In this document: piece after piece, positions 14,477-27,016 of the stretch
Layout of the letters: the number at the start of each line of letters is the position of its first letter
How positions within the stretch are numbered: position 1 is the first letter of the stretch
From: Laetmonice hystrix
Taxonomy: Eukaryota
Direction: 5' to 3'
Assembly (NCBI GenBank): GCA_965235115.1
Contig: OZ249436.1
Coordinates: 66,836,001 to 66,900,000, forward strand
Length of the DNA: 64,000 nt
Position numbers and translations under genes: made by a program
The notes under the pieces: model-generated
Seen by the model: only the letters and a program-made list of their open reading frames with translations
Databases searched by the model: none
What the model was told of the DNA's origin: nothing

Positions 14477-15240
14477 TGTAGAGGGAGGACGGTCAGCAGT
14501 CAGACGAGAATAGTTTGTAGGAGGACGGTCAGCAGTCAGACGAGAATAGTTTGTAGGAGGACGGTCAGCAATCAGACGAGAATAGTTTGTAGGAGGACGG
14601 TCAGCAATCAGACGAGAATAGTTTGTAGGAGGACGGTCAGCAGTCAGACGAGAATAGTTTGTAGGAGGACGGTCAGCAGTCAGACGAGAATAGTTTGTAG
14701 GAGGACGGTCAGCAGTCAGACGAGAATAGTTTGTAGGAGGACGGTCAGCAGTCAGACGAGAATAGTTTGTAGGAGGACGGTCAGCAGTCAGACGAGAATA
14801 GTTTGTAGGAGGACGGTCAGCAGTCAGACGAGAATAGTTTGTAGGAGGACGGTCAGCAGTCAGACGAGAATAGTTTGTAGGAGGACGGTCAGCAGTCAGA
14901 CGAGAATAGTTTGTAGGAGGACGGTCAGCAGTCAGACGAGAATAGTTTGTAGGAGGACGGTCAGCAGTCAGACGAGAATAGTTTGTAGGAGGACGGTCAG
15001 CAGTCAGACGAGAATAGTTTGTAGGAGGACGGTCAGCAGTCAGACGAGAATAGTTTGTAGGAGGACGGTCAGCAGTCAGACGAGAATAGTTTGTAGGAGG
15101 ACGGTCAGCAGTCAGACGAGAATAGTTTGTAGGAGGACGGTCAGCAGTCAGACGAGAATAGTTTGTAGGAGGACGGTCAGCAGTCAGACGAGAATAGTTT
15201 GTAGGAGGACGGTCAGCAGTCAGACGAGAATAGTTTGTAG
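14477..15240. repeat. 36-bp minisatellite, ~21 near-identical copies
   Basis: Unit tgtaggaggacggtcagcagtcagacgagaatagtt. Explains the 292-aa CRRTVSSQTRIV ORF. Confidence 0.98.
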
Positions 15241-16147
15241 ATGGTTTTCACAGTTTTCGAGAGCCACAGGGCCGGCTTCTCCTGACGCTGGGGATGGGGC
15301 ACTTGTGAAAACGGAGAACTTAAGTGAAAGTATAAATATTTTATAAAGCTAATGTGGATGACTACATTATGGCGAGTTTGACAAAAGGTCTATTTCTTTA
15401 CGGTTTTGACGACCCCTTAACGATAGTCCTGAGCCCGATGGAAGGTTGGCCGTAAAACGTGCGGTTGGCGACGAGGCTCACAACTCCAGCTGACAGGGTC
15501 ATCGCCGCTCTACCATCCCTCAACAACAGGCAGAGAGGCGGGCATGAACTTCACTAAACGAATTCAGACATTACCAATCGAGTCTACATGGTCAGTGGTT
15601 GAAGGTAAATCAGTGAGCGGAGGAGCACTTTGTCAGTGAATGTAAATACACCTGCAGAGAGAGACTAAACCGGCCCAAGGTGCGGCCTCCCGCGTGTGGC
15701 CCGACTACCAATGATGTGAGGGCGCCCACCGCCATGCAGCCCCTGGCCCGTGACACGGGACGCTGTCACCCTCATTCACACCTCCACCCCCGGCAGGCTA
15801 ACACACCTGGGCCCCCCGTCACTGGGAGGGGATGGGGCGGGCGGGTGCGAGGCCGTGTCCGTTACTTGCTAACAAAGCTCCCTCGCCGCCGGTGTGATCG
15901 AGGCTGAGTATCGCCGATTATTTATCGACCCATAAACCACGGCCACGGAGATCCTCAATGGAGGTGCGAGCGGGAGACAATATATTGGGTCGTTGGGATG
16001 ATGCGTTGTCAGGTAACGGAGGTGGCACTCCGAGGGAGCGACCACGAAGGGGCCGTCTTGACGGTCACAGACTGGGGAGGGTAGGGAGAGGGACCTTCTC
16101 ACGAATCACGGCCTGGGCGGGAGGGGGCAGGCCGTCTCATAGGTCAC

Positions 16148-16192
16148 AGAGAGAGAGGCAGAGATAGAGAGAGAGAGACAGAGAGATAGAGC
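16148..16192. repeat. Imperfect (GA)n microsatellite
   Basis: gagagagaggcagagatagagagagagagacagagagatagag. Confidence 0.8.
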
Positions 16193-19100
16193 GTACAGGT
16201 GGAAGGGGCCGTCTCACAAGTCAGGGCACTAGTGGGAATGGGTCCCCTCCACTGCAGGTTTGATGGCGGGGCCCTTCTTTTGGCGCATGGTCCTATGACC
16301 CATCATCCCATGGCCCCATTGTTTGGTAACATTGCCTATACTGACTGACTGCATGTGTGCATCTTCCAGACCAGCAGGACTCGTGACTATATACCAGTCG
16401 TCCAACATTGTTACTTCGTAGCTTTGATCAATGTTTACACAAATAAAGAAAATCATTACCGATTCGTGTAGCGTCACCAGTAGTTGTTGCCGTGGTTTCT
16501 GGGTGTTACGCGAGCCTGCAAGGTGACACCCTGAAACTGCAGAGTTAGAGATAAGATCGTTGTAATCAGTGCTAGGCGATGAGAGACCAGATGAGCACCG
16601 TGGACGCCGCAATCTGGGGGTTGATGTAAGACGGTCTCTGTGTGAGATATTAGTGTAGGGTGACCGATACTTGGCGATCAAATCCACGAGGGACACAAAA
16701 AGAGAGGGGCAGGCCGATTACCTGGTGGCAAGGCGGGAATCTGTTCACATTTATAGAAGGGATCCCGCCGCCCCCAGATGGCTGCAGATTGGACCCAGAG
16801 ACAATGTGAACACTGCACCTGGCCCAATGGTGACGACGATAAACTACACCTCACCTGAAAAAGGATAAGGACTTCAAAGGAAAGCGTTGATCACATATAG
16901 CATGTTACCTGAGCTCCGAGTGCACCAGCTCAACTGGCGCCCTAGTCGGAAGGTGTGGGGATGTGTGTGCAGAGATTACCAAGTGAGGGCCGAGTGCGGG
17001 GCTGAGGGCCGTTTGAGGAGGGTCAAGTGGGCCAGTATAACGGCCCAGGAGGGCCAGCTTACCCTACCCTCTCAAATACTGCTCGCACCCAGCCAAATGA
17101 TCCCAGATAAGCAACAGCGATGCAAACACATCAACTGTGGGGAATCAAGAAGCATAATCTACAGTGTAAAGATAGGGGTGGTAAGAAGGCAACATAAGTC
17201 ACCTCAAACAAGGAGAAAGTATGGGAGCGGGGGTAAAACATGACGACCGGGCTGAAACACCCCCACCCCCACCCCCACCCCCACCCCCACTCTCCCGTCG
17301 GCGGGCTCTGGCCTGACAATGACTGCGACGATTGGACATCGTTTTAGTGTGTTTGATATCGGTGATGGCGGCAGGCGAGTGGTGTACAATGGCTGTGTGT
17401 ATTGTATTCAGCCTAGGGATCAATGTGAACGGTTGAGACGGCCATGACCGCGCCAAGGCCACCGTCCGCCACTGCTGCTGTTGGAGCGAGCTCCTCGGCA
17501 AAGAGACAAGTGTGGACACGACTTCTTAATGAAGGCACTCGAGGTGTTTGCTCAGGTAGAGCGGCCTCTCGGAGGTGTTAGGATCCTCGTTTGACATGAA
17601 CCCCCCTGTCTGTTATGTGTCAGCTCAAGGACCCCTTCAAGGGCTGCACCCCCCCCCCGTACCCCCCCCCCCCCGGCGGCCTGGCTAAGTATCCACGGGC
17701 GGGGAAAGGCTCAAATAAAAACAACCCCGCATAAAAAAAAAATCAAGAAGGATTTGTCCGTCTTTTATATATTTATATGCAGCAAACAGCCGAGCTGTCT
17801 AACAAAATCAGTCCACTTTAAAGCTGTTTTATCATCAAGAGTGTAGAAATGGTTTGGCCAAAGAATTGTTTGGGTAGGGGAGGTATCTTGAGCTCGTTGG
17901 AAGGAGAGACTGAGGTGGAGTTGATGGTAGGATTGGGGAGCTCGGAACGTTTGATGTTCACAGTGGATCCCTCAAGTCACGTCCCAGTGTGACGGTCGGT
18001 CACACAGTCACACAATGAATGTGTCGAGACGCCTCAATCTGAACGGGATGTTGGTCTTAGGGCGAGCGCTCGAGCTACTTAGGCGGCACTCAATGTCCAC
18101 TGAGGAGCCATTCAAACAGGGCCCTCCCAAAGAGCTTTTTACTTTTTACCGTTTACCTCTCAGCTGGACCACCTGAGCCCATTGCTGTCTGGTTTTATGG
18201 AAACCTGTATTATCATTAAATGATGATATAAGAGGCGCGGCAAGGTTGGCTCAGCTCAGACTGACGGTCCGTATGGGGTCTGTACTTGATACCATCTGCA
18301 TGCAAATGGGCGCCAAGTAAATGTATTCTATGTATCTCAGACATGAGAATATCTTATCGGAATGCTGTTTGTGATCGAACAAGAGTTCGTATAGTAAATA
18401 ATGGTTTGGTGGTTGTGCGTGCTGTAAGAGGCGATTGGTCAGTTGGTCGAGCCAGTTCGTTATTCTATCAATCGTACAGATTGGTATACATGTACATGTT
18501 CAGTGACTGTGAGATATGGTGAGCTGTCAGTGAGATGGCTGTGTTAGCAAGTTGTCTTTGACAGGCTGTCTCTGACAGAGGTCATATACCTAATAGTTGT
18601 GATGACAGTTTGATATCTGGTTGGTTTCAGGCGCTGCTGGAGGACGAACGGAGGAGTGGTGACTAAGGAAGGTTCGGGGGGAAGGTGCCACCGGTAGGAC
18701 CACCGACTGTGGCGGGAGGAGGAAGAGGAGGGGGAGGAGGAGGAGGAACCGTGGCTGAGGGCTGGAAGCCTGCCAGTGCCAGGATAACCAGCTGCACCAG
18801 GAGGAAGGAGAGAGGGGAAGACAGGGTGATGAGGGCGGAGATGGACAGGAAGAGGAGGAGAAGCAATGGCGAATGACAGGAACGTTTCAAGCACCAGGTC
18901 TACCAACTCTGACAGAATTAGAAGGGGGGATATTAGGAGGGAGGAAGGGGGGAGTAAGGGGAACAGAGTAGAGAAGGTAAGTGGATAAAACAAGAAGGCG
19001 GAGTCACAGGAGGAGAATAGAGAGGAGAAGGGAGAGGAGGAGGGGGAGGAGGGGACGGGGATCTTGGTTGGATCAGAAGGCGGTGTCACTGATCGAGCCG

Positions 19101-20385
19101 TGCACCCGCCAGTCTCCGCGGACTCATTGAGTCACCACCAGGGTTGACGGCCGGGGTGATGTGGGAGGGGGAGTAGGGAGACATGACCCTGGGGTCAAGG
19201 GTCACATGTTACGCTGCACGCCGCTAATGACTACCAGATGTCGCCCCAAACCGGTCATATCTCACAATATAACATGATCTCCATTGAATCCTCGTTTTAT
19301 AGCTATGTCAATTTGGGACCTTTTTCGATTCTGTTACTCTCAAGGGGTGGTGGATTTCACGCTCAGGCAGAGCAGTGCTGACTTGATGGAGACTTGATAA
19401 ATAACGTACAGTGCCAAGTTCACTGAGCTAGCTACCCCTCACATCGTATATTTAGTGTAAACTGTGCATTCCATTTACAGCGGATTGCTACGATATTTAC
19501 AACACACTAAGCCTAAAATTTACATATTAGATTTTACAGAAAACTGTGATTAGATAGACAGGTACCTGTGCATAGACTTTACTGTAAATGTCACTTTACA
19601 CGTTACGAGGTATTGAAATAGGAAACATACAGTTACAGTATTACCCATGCATGTGTCTGCTGCAAGCCACATCCTGACCCCCACCTCCTGTTCTACCCCA
19701 CACAAGCTGCTCCGCCTGACCAATATATCATTATTGTTAATATCAAATATCCTTATTCATCGTTCACTGAGCTTTAGGAAGGGACAGGACCCGAGGGTGG
19801 TCAGGTAGTGCCCTAAGTTGGTCATTGGTCGCCTGGGGACATGTCCACGTGTTTCTCGGCCGGTCGGTCAGGGCAATAGTCGGAGAACCGGGTCGTGTAC
19901 TTCCGGACCCTACCACCCCAGCTCACCACAAGTTTAGAAAAACGTTTAATAAACGTCATTCTATGATGAAAACATTTGAATGACTGTGATACGTCCTCAG
20001 GGACCACAGGGACGGACGGATGGACAGTGCCAGCACGGGAAGTGGGATCTGACGGGGCCTGAACGTGTCGGAAGTCTGCCGCTCGCATTCTGATCACGAG
20101 CTCCAGATTAATCATCACCGTCACATGAGATACGGGCCGATACAAGCAACGGGAGGGCAAAAAGTCGGATTAGAACTCCCACTGGCCTCCCTATCGGCGC
20201 GGCAAAGTGAGCTTCAAAACATCGCTGACATTTCTACCTCAGTGCGCCGCGCTTGCAGACAACTTTTCAGTTATAAGAAAGCATCCGTTAATACGATATA
20301 TATACAGCTGAATGAAACACAAAAAAAGTTAATGTGCAGGTTTCGCGTACTCTCCTGGGGCGGGACATTGACATAAAACGTCGGG

Positions 20386-20982
20386 GGAGAGGAGCGTCAT
20401 GGTGTATGCAGGCGCGGATCCAGAAGGGGGTGGGGGGTTCGACCCCCCCCCCCCCTTGGGCTCCATAGTGCCCTTCTTGCCTAAGTTTTGGAGGCTATGA
20501 CATTCAAGACGGCGTCAGGAGGTGCCTTTGAGAAGACCCTGGTGATACGGGGTAAGGAGCGTCATGGTGTATGTGTGAGATGGGGGGAAAGGAGCGTCAT
20601 GGTGTAGCCCTATGTGTGAGCTGGGGGGGAGGAGCGTCATGGTGTATGTGTGAGATGGGGGGAAAGGAGCGTCATGGTGTATGTGTGAGACAGGGGAGAG
20701 GAGCGTCATGGTGTATGTGTGAGATGGGGGGAAAGGAGCGTCATGGTGTATGTGTGAGACAGGGGAGAGGAGCGTCATGGGGTATGTGTGAGACAGGGGA
20801 AAGGAGCGTCATGGTGTATGTGTGAGACAGGGGAGAGGAGCGTCATGGTGTATGTGTGAGACATGGGGAGAGGAGCGTCATGATGAGACAGGGGAAAGGA
20901 GCGTCATGGTGTATGTGTGAGACAGGGGAGAGGAGCGTCATGATGAGACAGGGGAAAGGAGCGTCATGGTGTGTGAGACAGA
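20386..20982. repeat. ~24-33-bp variable minisatellite interrupted by an insertion
   Basis: Core aggagcgtcatggtgtatgtgtgaga. The first copy is separated from the rest by a ~145-bp insert starting caggcgcggatccag. Confidence 0.9.
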
Positions 20983-23127
20983 GGAGGAAAGGAGAGTGAC
21001 ATAATTTATGGGGATACACAGGGCCTTGTGGCGTTGAGAGAGGTTGTGTGGGGTCGTTATTTAACCGGTCAGGTGAGGGCCACACGAGAGCTGTGACGTG
21101 CAGGGTCCGACCAGGACCATGTGTGGCCAGTTACTGGTCTCTCCACCTCCCGGCGTCAGCCTATGTCAGACTCAATCCCCATATTGTATTAACCCCACAG
21201 GTCATAAACCAACCATGGATCCTTCTCCTCCTATTCTGTGTCAGGTCTAGTCGAAAACACCGGTGGCGGAGGCTCTATTATAACAAGTCGCATTAATCAA
21301 GCCCCACGCTTTGTTGGATCCTTTCTCTGTTACATACAAAAGGTGGAAGAAAGCGTTATCAAGTAGTCGGTGTAAATCGGACGTCGTCTTCCTCATAACT
21401 TTCAACATTGTTCATGACGTTCGACAAGACTTGTCTCGATAAGATATACGGGGGCCCACTTCCGCAAGGTTTTCTCTCTTCACTTCAAAACAACAAAAGA
21501 AAACATCTGTCTTCGCCTGCCGGCAGCAGGTAGAGCCGCTAGATCGTGTGCTGTCCACCGGTGGCACATTTTAAATCGTCCTGAGTTTTAAAGGTTCCGC
21601 AGCCTACTGCGCATGCGGCCCCTGCATTTCTCGGACCTGACACCGGATCCCGACCCCCCCCCCCCCCCCCGCCCGCCTCTTTTATGGTGAATTTTGACCA
21701 CTACGCTGGTGAGAACCCTTCGTTCAAAATACTATACTAACAAGCCCATCTGTTTGTGATGGGGTGCGGTGTTCATTATGTTTGGGGGTGGGGGTGGTCA
21801 TTTTGTGACGTCATCCATGGAGACGGCTCATCAACAATTAAGGGTTTGGGGCTTAATCAAAGAAACTTCAGAGAGAGTCTGTAGGCTGGGAGACACTGCT
21901 GCCTTTAGGTGTCCTAATTGGTATCAGGTAGCATACCATTAATGTGAGAGTAAATCTATTAGCCCCTCCTGTTCTCAGCCACAAGGTCAAGCCGACGCCG
22001 TTTGGTGGTGGCATCGGTCGGGGTCAGAGGTGGGGTCAGAAAGGTCAGAAGAATGAGGTATTGTGTGAGTTATGGAGTGATGTGGTGATGTTGATCACTG
22101 CGCCCTGTGTCGCCGGTTGATGTCGCGGCCAGGATGACAGCGTCTTCATTCCTCCATTACCAGAGAGTGGTCAGCGTTCGCTCAGAGGTCCTGTCCAGGC
22201 ACAACGGACAACCACCCCAGACAGATCCGTCATTATTTTAGGATTTTGTTGATCCTGAAACATTACGGATTTCTTCCCACGGCAAGGCATGAAGGTCAAC
22301 ACGTGAAGGGTGCAGGAAGATGAGGAGTATTTAAGTACAGAACCTCTGTAATCTCCCCATGTATTACCTTGTTTTGAAAACATCCTGACAATCGGTTCAA
22401 AGATGGTTTTATTACAAAGTTGTATGACTTAGGTAATTTATGTCACTTGTCCAGGAAGTGGGTCAGTATTTTGTCGGAATCATGACTGTGTTTCTGTGCT
22501 GCCTGCATGTAATATCAAAATTTCGCGGTATGTGTATACGGTTGGGATCCGCTTAGAATAAATAGGATGGATGGAAAGAGAAGGGATTGATTGCCCATTG
22601 ATCTATTTGTGTCGGATTATCTGAGGTCTGTTGGCTGTGGCCCGGGAGGAGGAAGGACAGGGAAGTGGCTGAGGACAACCCATATAAACACTCGGACACC
22701 CTGGCCGGAGGCAGCGCCGCCTGGCGGGGGCCGTGGACATTATCAGCCGAGAGCCCTGAGTGGTGTCAGTGACCGCCTGATGGGGGTGAAGACACTTGCC
22801 CTGACCTCTGCACCCCTCCATAGGTGTAACGTCGGAGACGCCAGGAAATGTGGAGATGCCGATAAACTAACACTGCTAACATTCCCATACCCTTTGAACG
22901 CCAGGAACCCCTGCGCTGAACTCAGGGCACGGAGGCACTGCCCGAGTCCGCTGTCTGATGTCCATACGAAGAGCAGGGCTAAGGGCCACACTGTAAGGGC
23001 CTACTCTGTACGGGTAGAGTCACAGTTAAAGGTTGAGAGCTATCCTTGAAAAGATTATTATCAGACTTAGTCAGTTTCATTGATAAAACATACACAATTG
23101 AACTGAATGTCCTTATACCCGTCAGAT

Positions 23128-23382
23128 CGTCTGTAAGGGCCGAGGTGGGTGGGTTGTTCAGGGGGCTGGACCAAGGCCGTCTGTAAGGGCCGAGGTGGGT
23201 GGGTTGTTCAGGGGGCTGGACCAGGGCCGTCTGTAAGGGCCGGTGTGGGTGGGTTGTTCAGGGGGCTGGACCAGGGCCGTCTGTAAGGGCCGGTGTGGGT
23301 GGGTTGTTCAGGGGGCTGGACCAGGGTCGTCTGTAAGGGCCGAGGTGGGTGGGTTGTTCAGGGGGCTGGACCAGGGCCGTCT
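23128..23382. repeat. 50-bp tandem repeat, 5 copies
   Basis: ctgtaagggc recurs at 23131, 23181, 23231, 23281 and 23331. Confidence 0.95.
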
Positions 23383-25560
23383 GCTGGATCCACAAAGATC
23401 GGTACGGGTACCGACATGACTCATCCGTTTCACAGAACAGCTTTACCTGAAAGTTCTCAATGAATGCGAAGTACGGCAAACCGGAGAGAAAAACTCTCTG
23501 ACGCATACGTTTACTGAAGAATGAAAAAGGCAGGACAACATTTTCTTGGCTACAAACAGTATAGAAACACGTCGTCAGCAGCACACAAAACATGTGTGGC
23601 CAAAGGCCGAAGGTATCGTTTTGCACTGTGTACCGTTGGTAAGAACGAACCGCCGAGTCTTTAAGGCCGAGTTCTGAGTGCACTCTTGGGGGTCGTTTCA
23701 GCGTTTTCAAGGTCACAGCTCGGACATGAGACCAATTCATGATTGAGAGTTCACATCATCGTGGTAGTAGATTAACAGGTGGCAAGCTATCAGCATCGCA
23801 GTCGATTGATTCACTAGAAAAGTTTCTAATAGAATCGTATGTGGTTACTTCATTCATGAAAATGTGAAGAATGCGTCTTGGTCCATTGTCAATCTGTGAA
23901 TGAGATTGTTCGCAATGGCAGTAAAAAGGAGCATGGTTGATGGAAAAAGATTGCCCTGGTAAGAATAGAACACGCCGGAAAGGGCTGCTATGATTTATCT
24001 TCTGTTATTTGATTTACCAGAATACGGAGACATTACTTTGTAATAAACCAGTTTATGGCGACCCGCTTGCTGCATTTCATTCCAAATGCATATTAATTTT
24101 TTTTCTGCGCAATAAAGCATTGTGAGAGCGAGGCTAACGTCTTATTGACGGACAGGGGCGAAACCTTGGCTCGAGCCTCGCTCTGACCTCGCCGCCGACT
24201 TGCGATCTTGTTTTTATGATGGAAACACAACGGACTAAAGTCTACTGCAAACAACGTTCTGCTCATTTGGATCGGGGTGGGTTTGGGGCGTGATACGTAC
24301 GGCGAGGGAAACACTGCCTGAGCACCTGTGGGAATATTAGTCAGCTAGTCACCATGGTAACGGATTGGGGGCGTTATAGGGAGCGTAAGTATGTCACGTC
24401 ACAATGCGTGAATCGACGAGAAATGCGGTTTGGAGGCCCAAACTGGCGCCAGCCAAATTCCGGTTCCGTTCATTTAGCATTGGGAGGCCCATTGAAAAAA
24501 CGTTCTAACTGATAACTCCAAAAATACTGTTCTCTTTGTTATCAAACTGACTATACGTCAGAACCAACATCTCTTATGTCAGAAAAAATACATTTTATAC
24601 TCAAGAAATATTTAATTGTCAAAAGAAAGGCCGATGTTTGGAGAGGTGTACGCTCGCCCTATGTTAAACCAGTGGGGGATTGTGACGTAACGGAAGTTGC
24701 ATGTCGCCAGCGGTCTGACCCAGTTAGACAGAACCTCGTTTTCGGTCGCGAGACTTACGCTCCCTATGGGGAGGGTGTCGGAGACGGCAGGTAAGGAACT
24801 CATCACTAGAACTCGGGTTGAGACAACCAACCCGGCAAGCCGGCCCTAGAACACATCAATTAAAGGTGACCAACCAGACTCGCCTCATCGCCATACGGAT
24901 CGCCACGGCTCCTAGTAACGTTGTCAGGGGTGGACGAGGGATGGGGCGAGGGTGGGGAGGGGAAGAATGGAAAATAAATGACTCTTGACGTGGGGTCCAT
25001 TGTCCTCTATGACAGGTCATGGTTCCGCGTGTGTTAGTCATTGCACACATTATTGGTGTCAGAGTGGAGAGAGAGCGGGAGTAAGCGAACAAAAACTGGA
25101 TCCGCCGGTCGGTTGGTTATTGTTGGTGTATGTGGACGATATGATGATTGGGCTGAGGTGGTGGGGGGATCCACTCCACTTACCTGTATAGGTACCATTG
25201 TCTATTGCAACCCATCCCTTTATTACCGACTTACCCTCACCCCCATCCCCAACCCTCAGCCTCCTTCACCTGTATCGATATGCTAATGAGTTTTTTGACA
25301 TTAAATTTTGAGGGTGTCTTGTTATTAGGCAGATCCGTGAAGGCCGCCAGTCCATTCATATACCAGCAAGCCCGGCTCGTTGTAATGGAACATACGAAAT
25401 CGAATTAGGCTCGGGTGACGGGAGGAATGGTGGTTAGGGGGTTGGGTGGGGGGTGTGTGTGGGGGGGGGGGGGTTAGGGGAGATTGGGGAGTAAAGAAAC
25501 ATAGAGATGGTGACCCCAGAGTCGGAGGGCATACAATGGAGATTGGCAAGAGATGGGTTA

Positions 25561-25714
25561 GTGGGCCCGTTCAGAGACTCGGTGTGTCGGTGGGCCCGTT
25601 CAGAGACTCGGTGTGTTGGTGGGCCCGTTCAGAGACTCGGTGTGTTGGTGGGCCCGTTCAGAGACTCGGTGTGTCGGTGGGCCCGTTCAGAGACTCAGTG
25701 TGTTGGTGGGCCCG
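25561..25714. repeat. 29-bp tandem repeat, ~5 copies
   Basis: Unit gtgggcccgttcagagactcggtgtgt(c/t)g. Confidence 0.95.
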
Positions 25715-26941
25715 AACAGCTGGCCTTGTTCAAGGCCTCGTGACGTTATCCAGACCGACCCGTGCCTGTAGCGACCGCCCGCCCGGCAGCCACGATACGA
25801 CCGCCGCTACTTCTCACACCTTGCCCGTCGCCCCCTCGCCCTGTGAACTCCATCCGCCGCCTATTTCGAGACCCATTAATGCAGCATGTGAAATTCTGAT
25901 GAAAACCACGGACCAGTGGACCCTTGGCGGAGGTGTAAAAATCATTACACCGTTTGTAACTCAAATCGGACACACTCGGAGTGGGTCGTTGAAAAGCACA
26001 GATAGCTGGACGCGGCTGTGAGCGGGGAGCGGCTGTAAGCGGGGAACCTGGCGGTTTTCAACATGCTATCATTAGACCGACGATTAATCATGTGCAGTTG
26101 GCTGTATGGCAGATAGAAATGTCGACAATGGCCTTGGTGGCGGCCAGAGCAGGTTACCCCCACACTTGTACGATTGACAGGGGTCTCAAGTGTAGGGTTT
26201 CAGATGGCGGGGGAGGGTTTTCAGTGCAGCACTGGTTTGATGGACCTTACCCTGAGGCCATATCACGAGCGAGGTTTGGTGTCTGGATGGGTTCGGCTCA
26301 GCCAAGAGATCAGCAGCAGCAATAAACTAGTCCCGACAGTGGGCGGAGACTTTGGCAACGACCGATCTCGGAGCCTGGTGCCCGAACATTTATTGTGATT
26401 GTATATTTATAAGTGAATTGAAATGTGTGAAAGGGGGCAGTTTTCAGAGGTGATGACAGTCAGGTGACAGAAATGATTGAGGTAACTGGGAAGCTGCAAG
26501 GCGCCATCCCCGATACGTGTACAACCCACTAATCCGAACGGTGAGGCCAGCAAAAAAAAGGTCGGGAGAGCTTTATCTTGTAGGAGGAAGTTTGAGTCAA
26601 CATCCGACCATTGCGGGAGATGGTGGTCGGTTTCAGAGTGTCTGCCGGCCTAATCTCGGGGCAGATTGCCTTTTTGATGTAGTCCCTCCTAAAGAGTATG
26701 GTGTCAAGTCATGTACGTGGAATAGATTACTGGTTGTAAGCAAGCGGCGTTACATGTCCAAGTGGTGAGTGGAAGACACTTGACGGCACTACCAGCCGTG
26801 GGGCCCGGCTCGGGGGGAGCAGCAGGAGGAGGAGGGTCACAATAGGCCGGACCACCGGCGGCGCCTGCGTGAGAGGGTCCAAAGAAACTTTCTAAAGACG
26901 AGAAGAGGACGCCGCCATTCAAGTCAACGTCTTCAATCCCA

Positions 26942-27016
26942 GACGAAACTGGTTTTCATAGTGGTTTCCCAGAGTGTATTTGACGTTCTGAGATCATTAT
27001 GAAAACTGTTTTCGTC
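26942..27016 (+). ncRNA. bantam: bantam-family microRNA precursor; mature 3p ~26989-27011 UGAGAUCAUUAUGAAAACUGUUU
   Basis: Fold-back: 5' arm gacgaaactggttttcatagtggtttcccaga, 13-nt loop, 3' arm tctgagatcattatgaaaactgttttcgtc. The 3p sequence has the bantam seed GAGAUCA and matches Drosophila bantam (UGAGAUCAUUUUGAAAGCUGAUU, recalled from memory) at 20 of 23 positions. The 5' arm begins CUGGUUUUC like bantam star strands and gives a 2-nt overhang geometry. Confidence 0.93.

Noticed and set aside
14468-15346. 292-aa ORF of CRRTVSSQTRIV repeats
   Set aside because: It is the translation of a 36-bp minisatellite. No splice or domain evidence.
18544-19089. 181-aa Ser/Pro/Leu-rich ORF and purine-rich acidic frames on the opposite strand
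   Set aside because: GGA/GAG low-complexity sequence with no recognisable domain or splice context.
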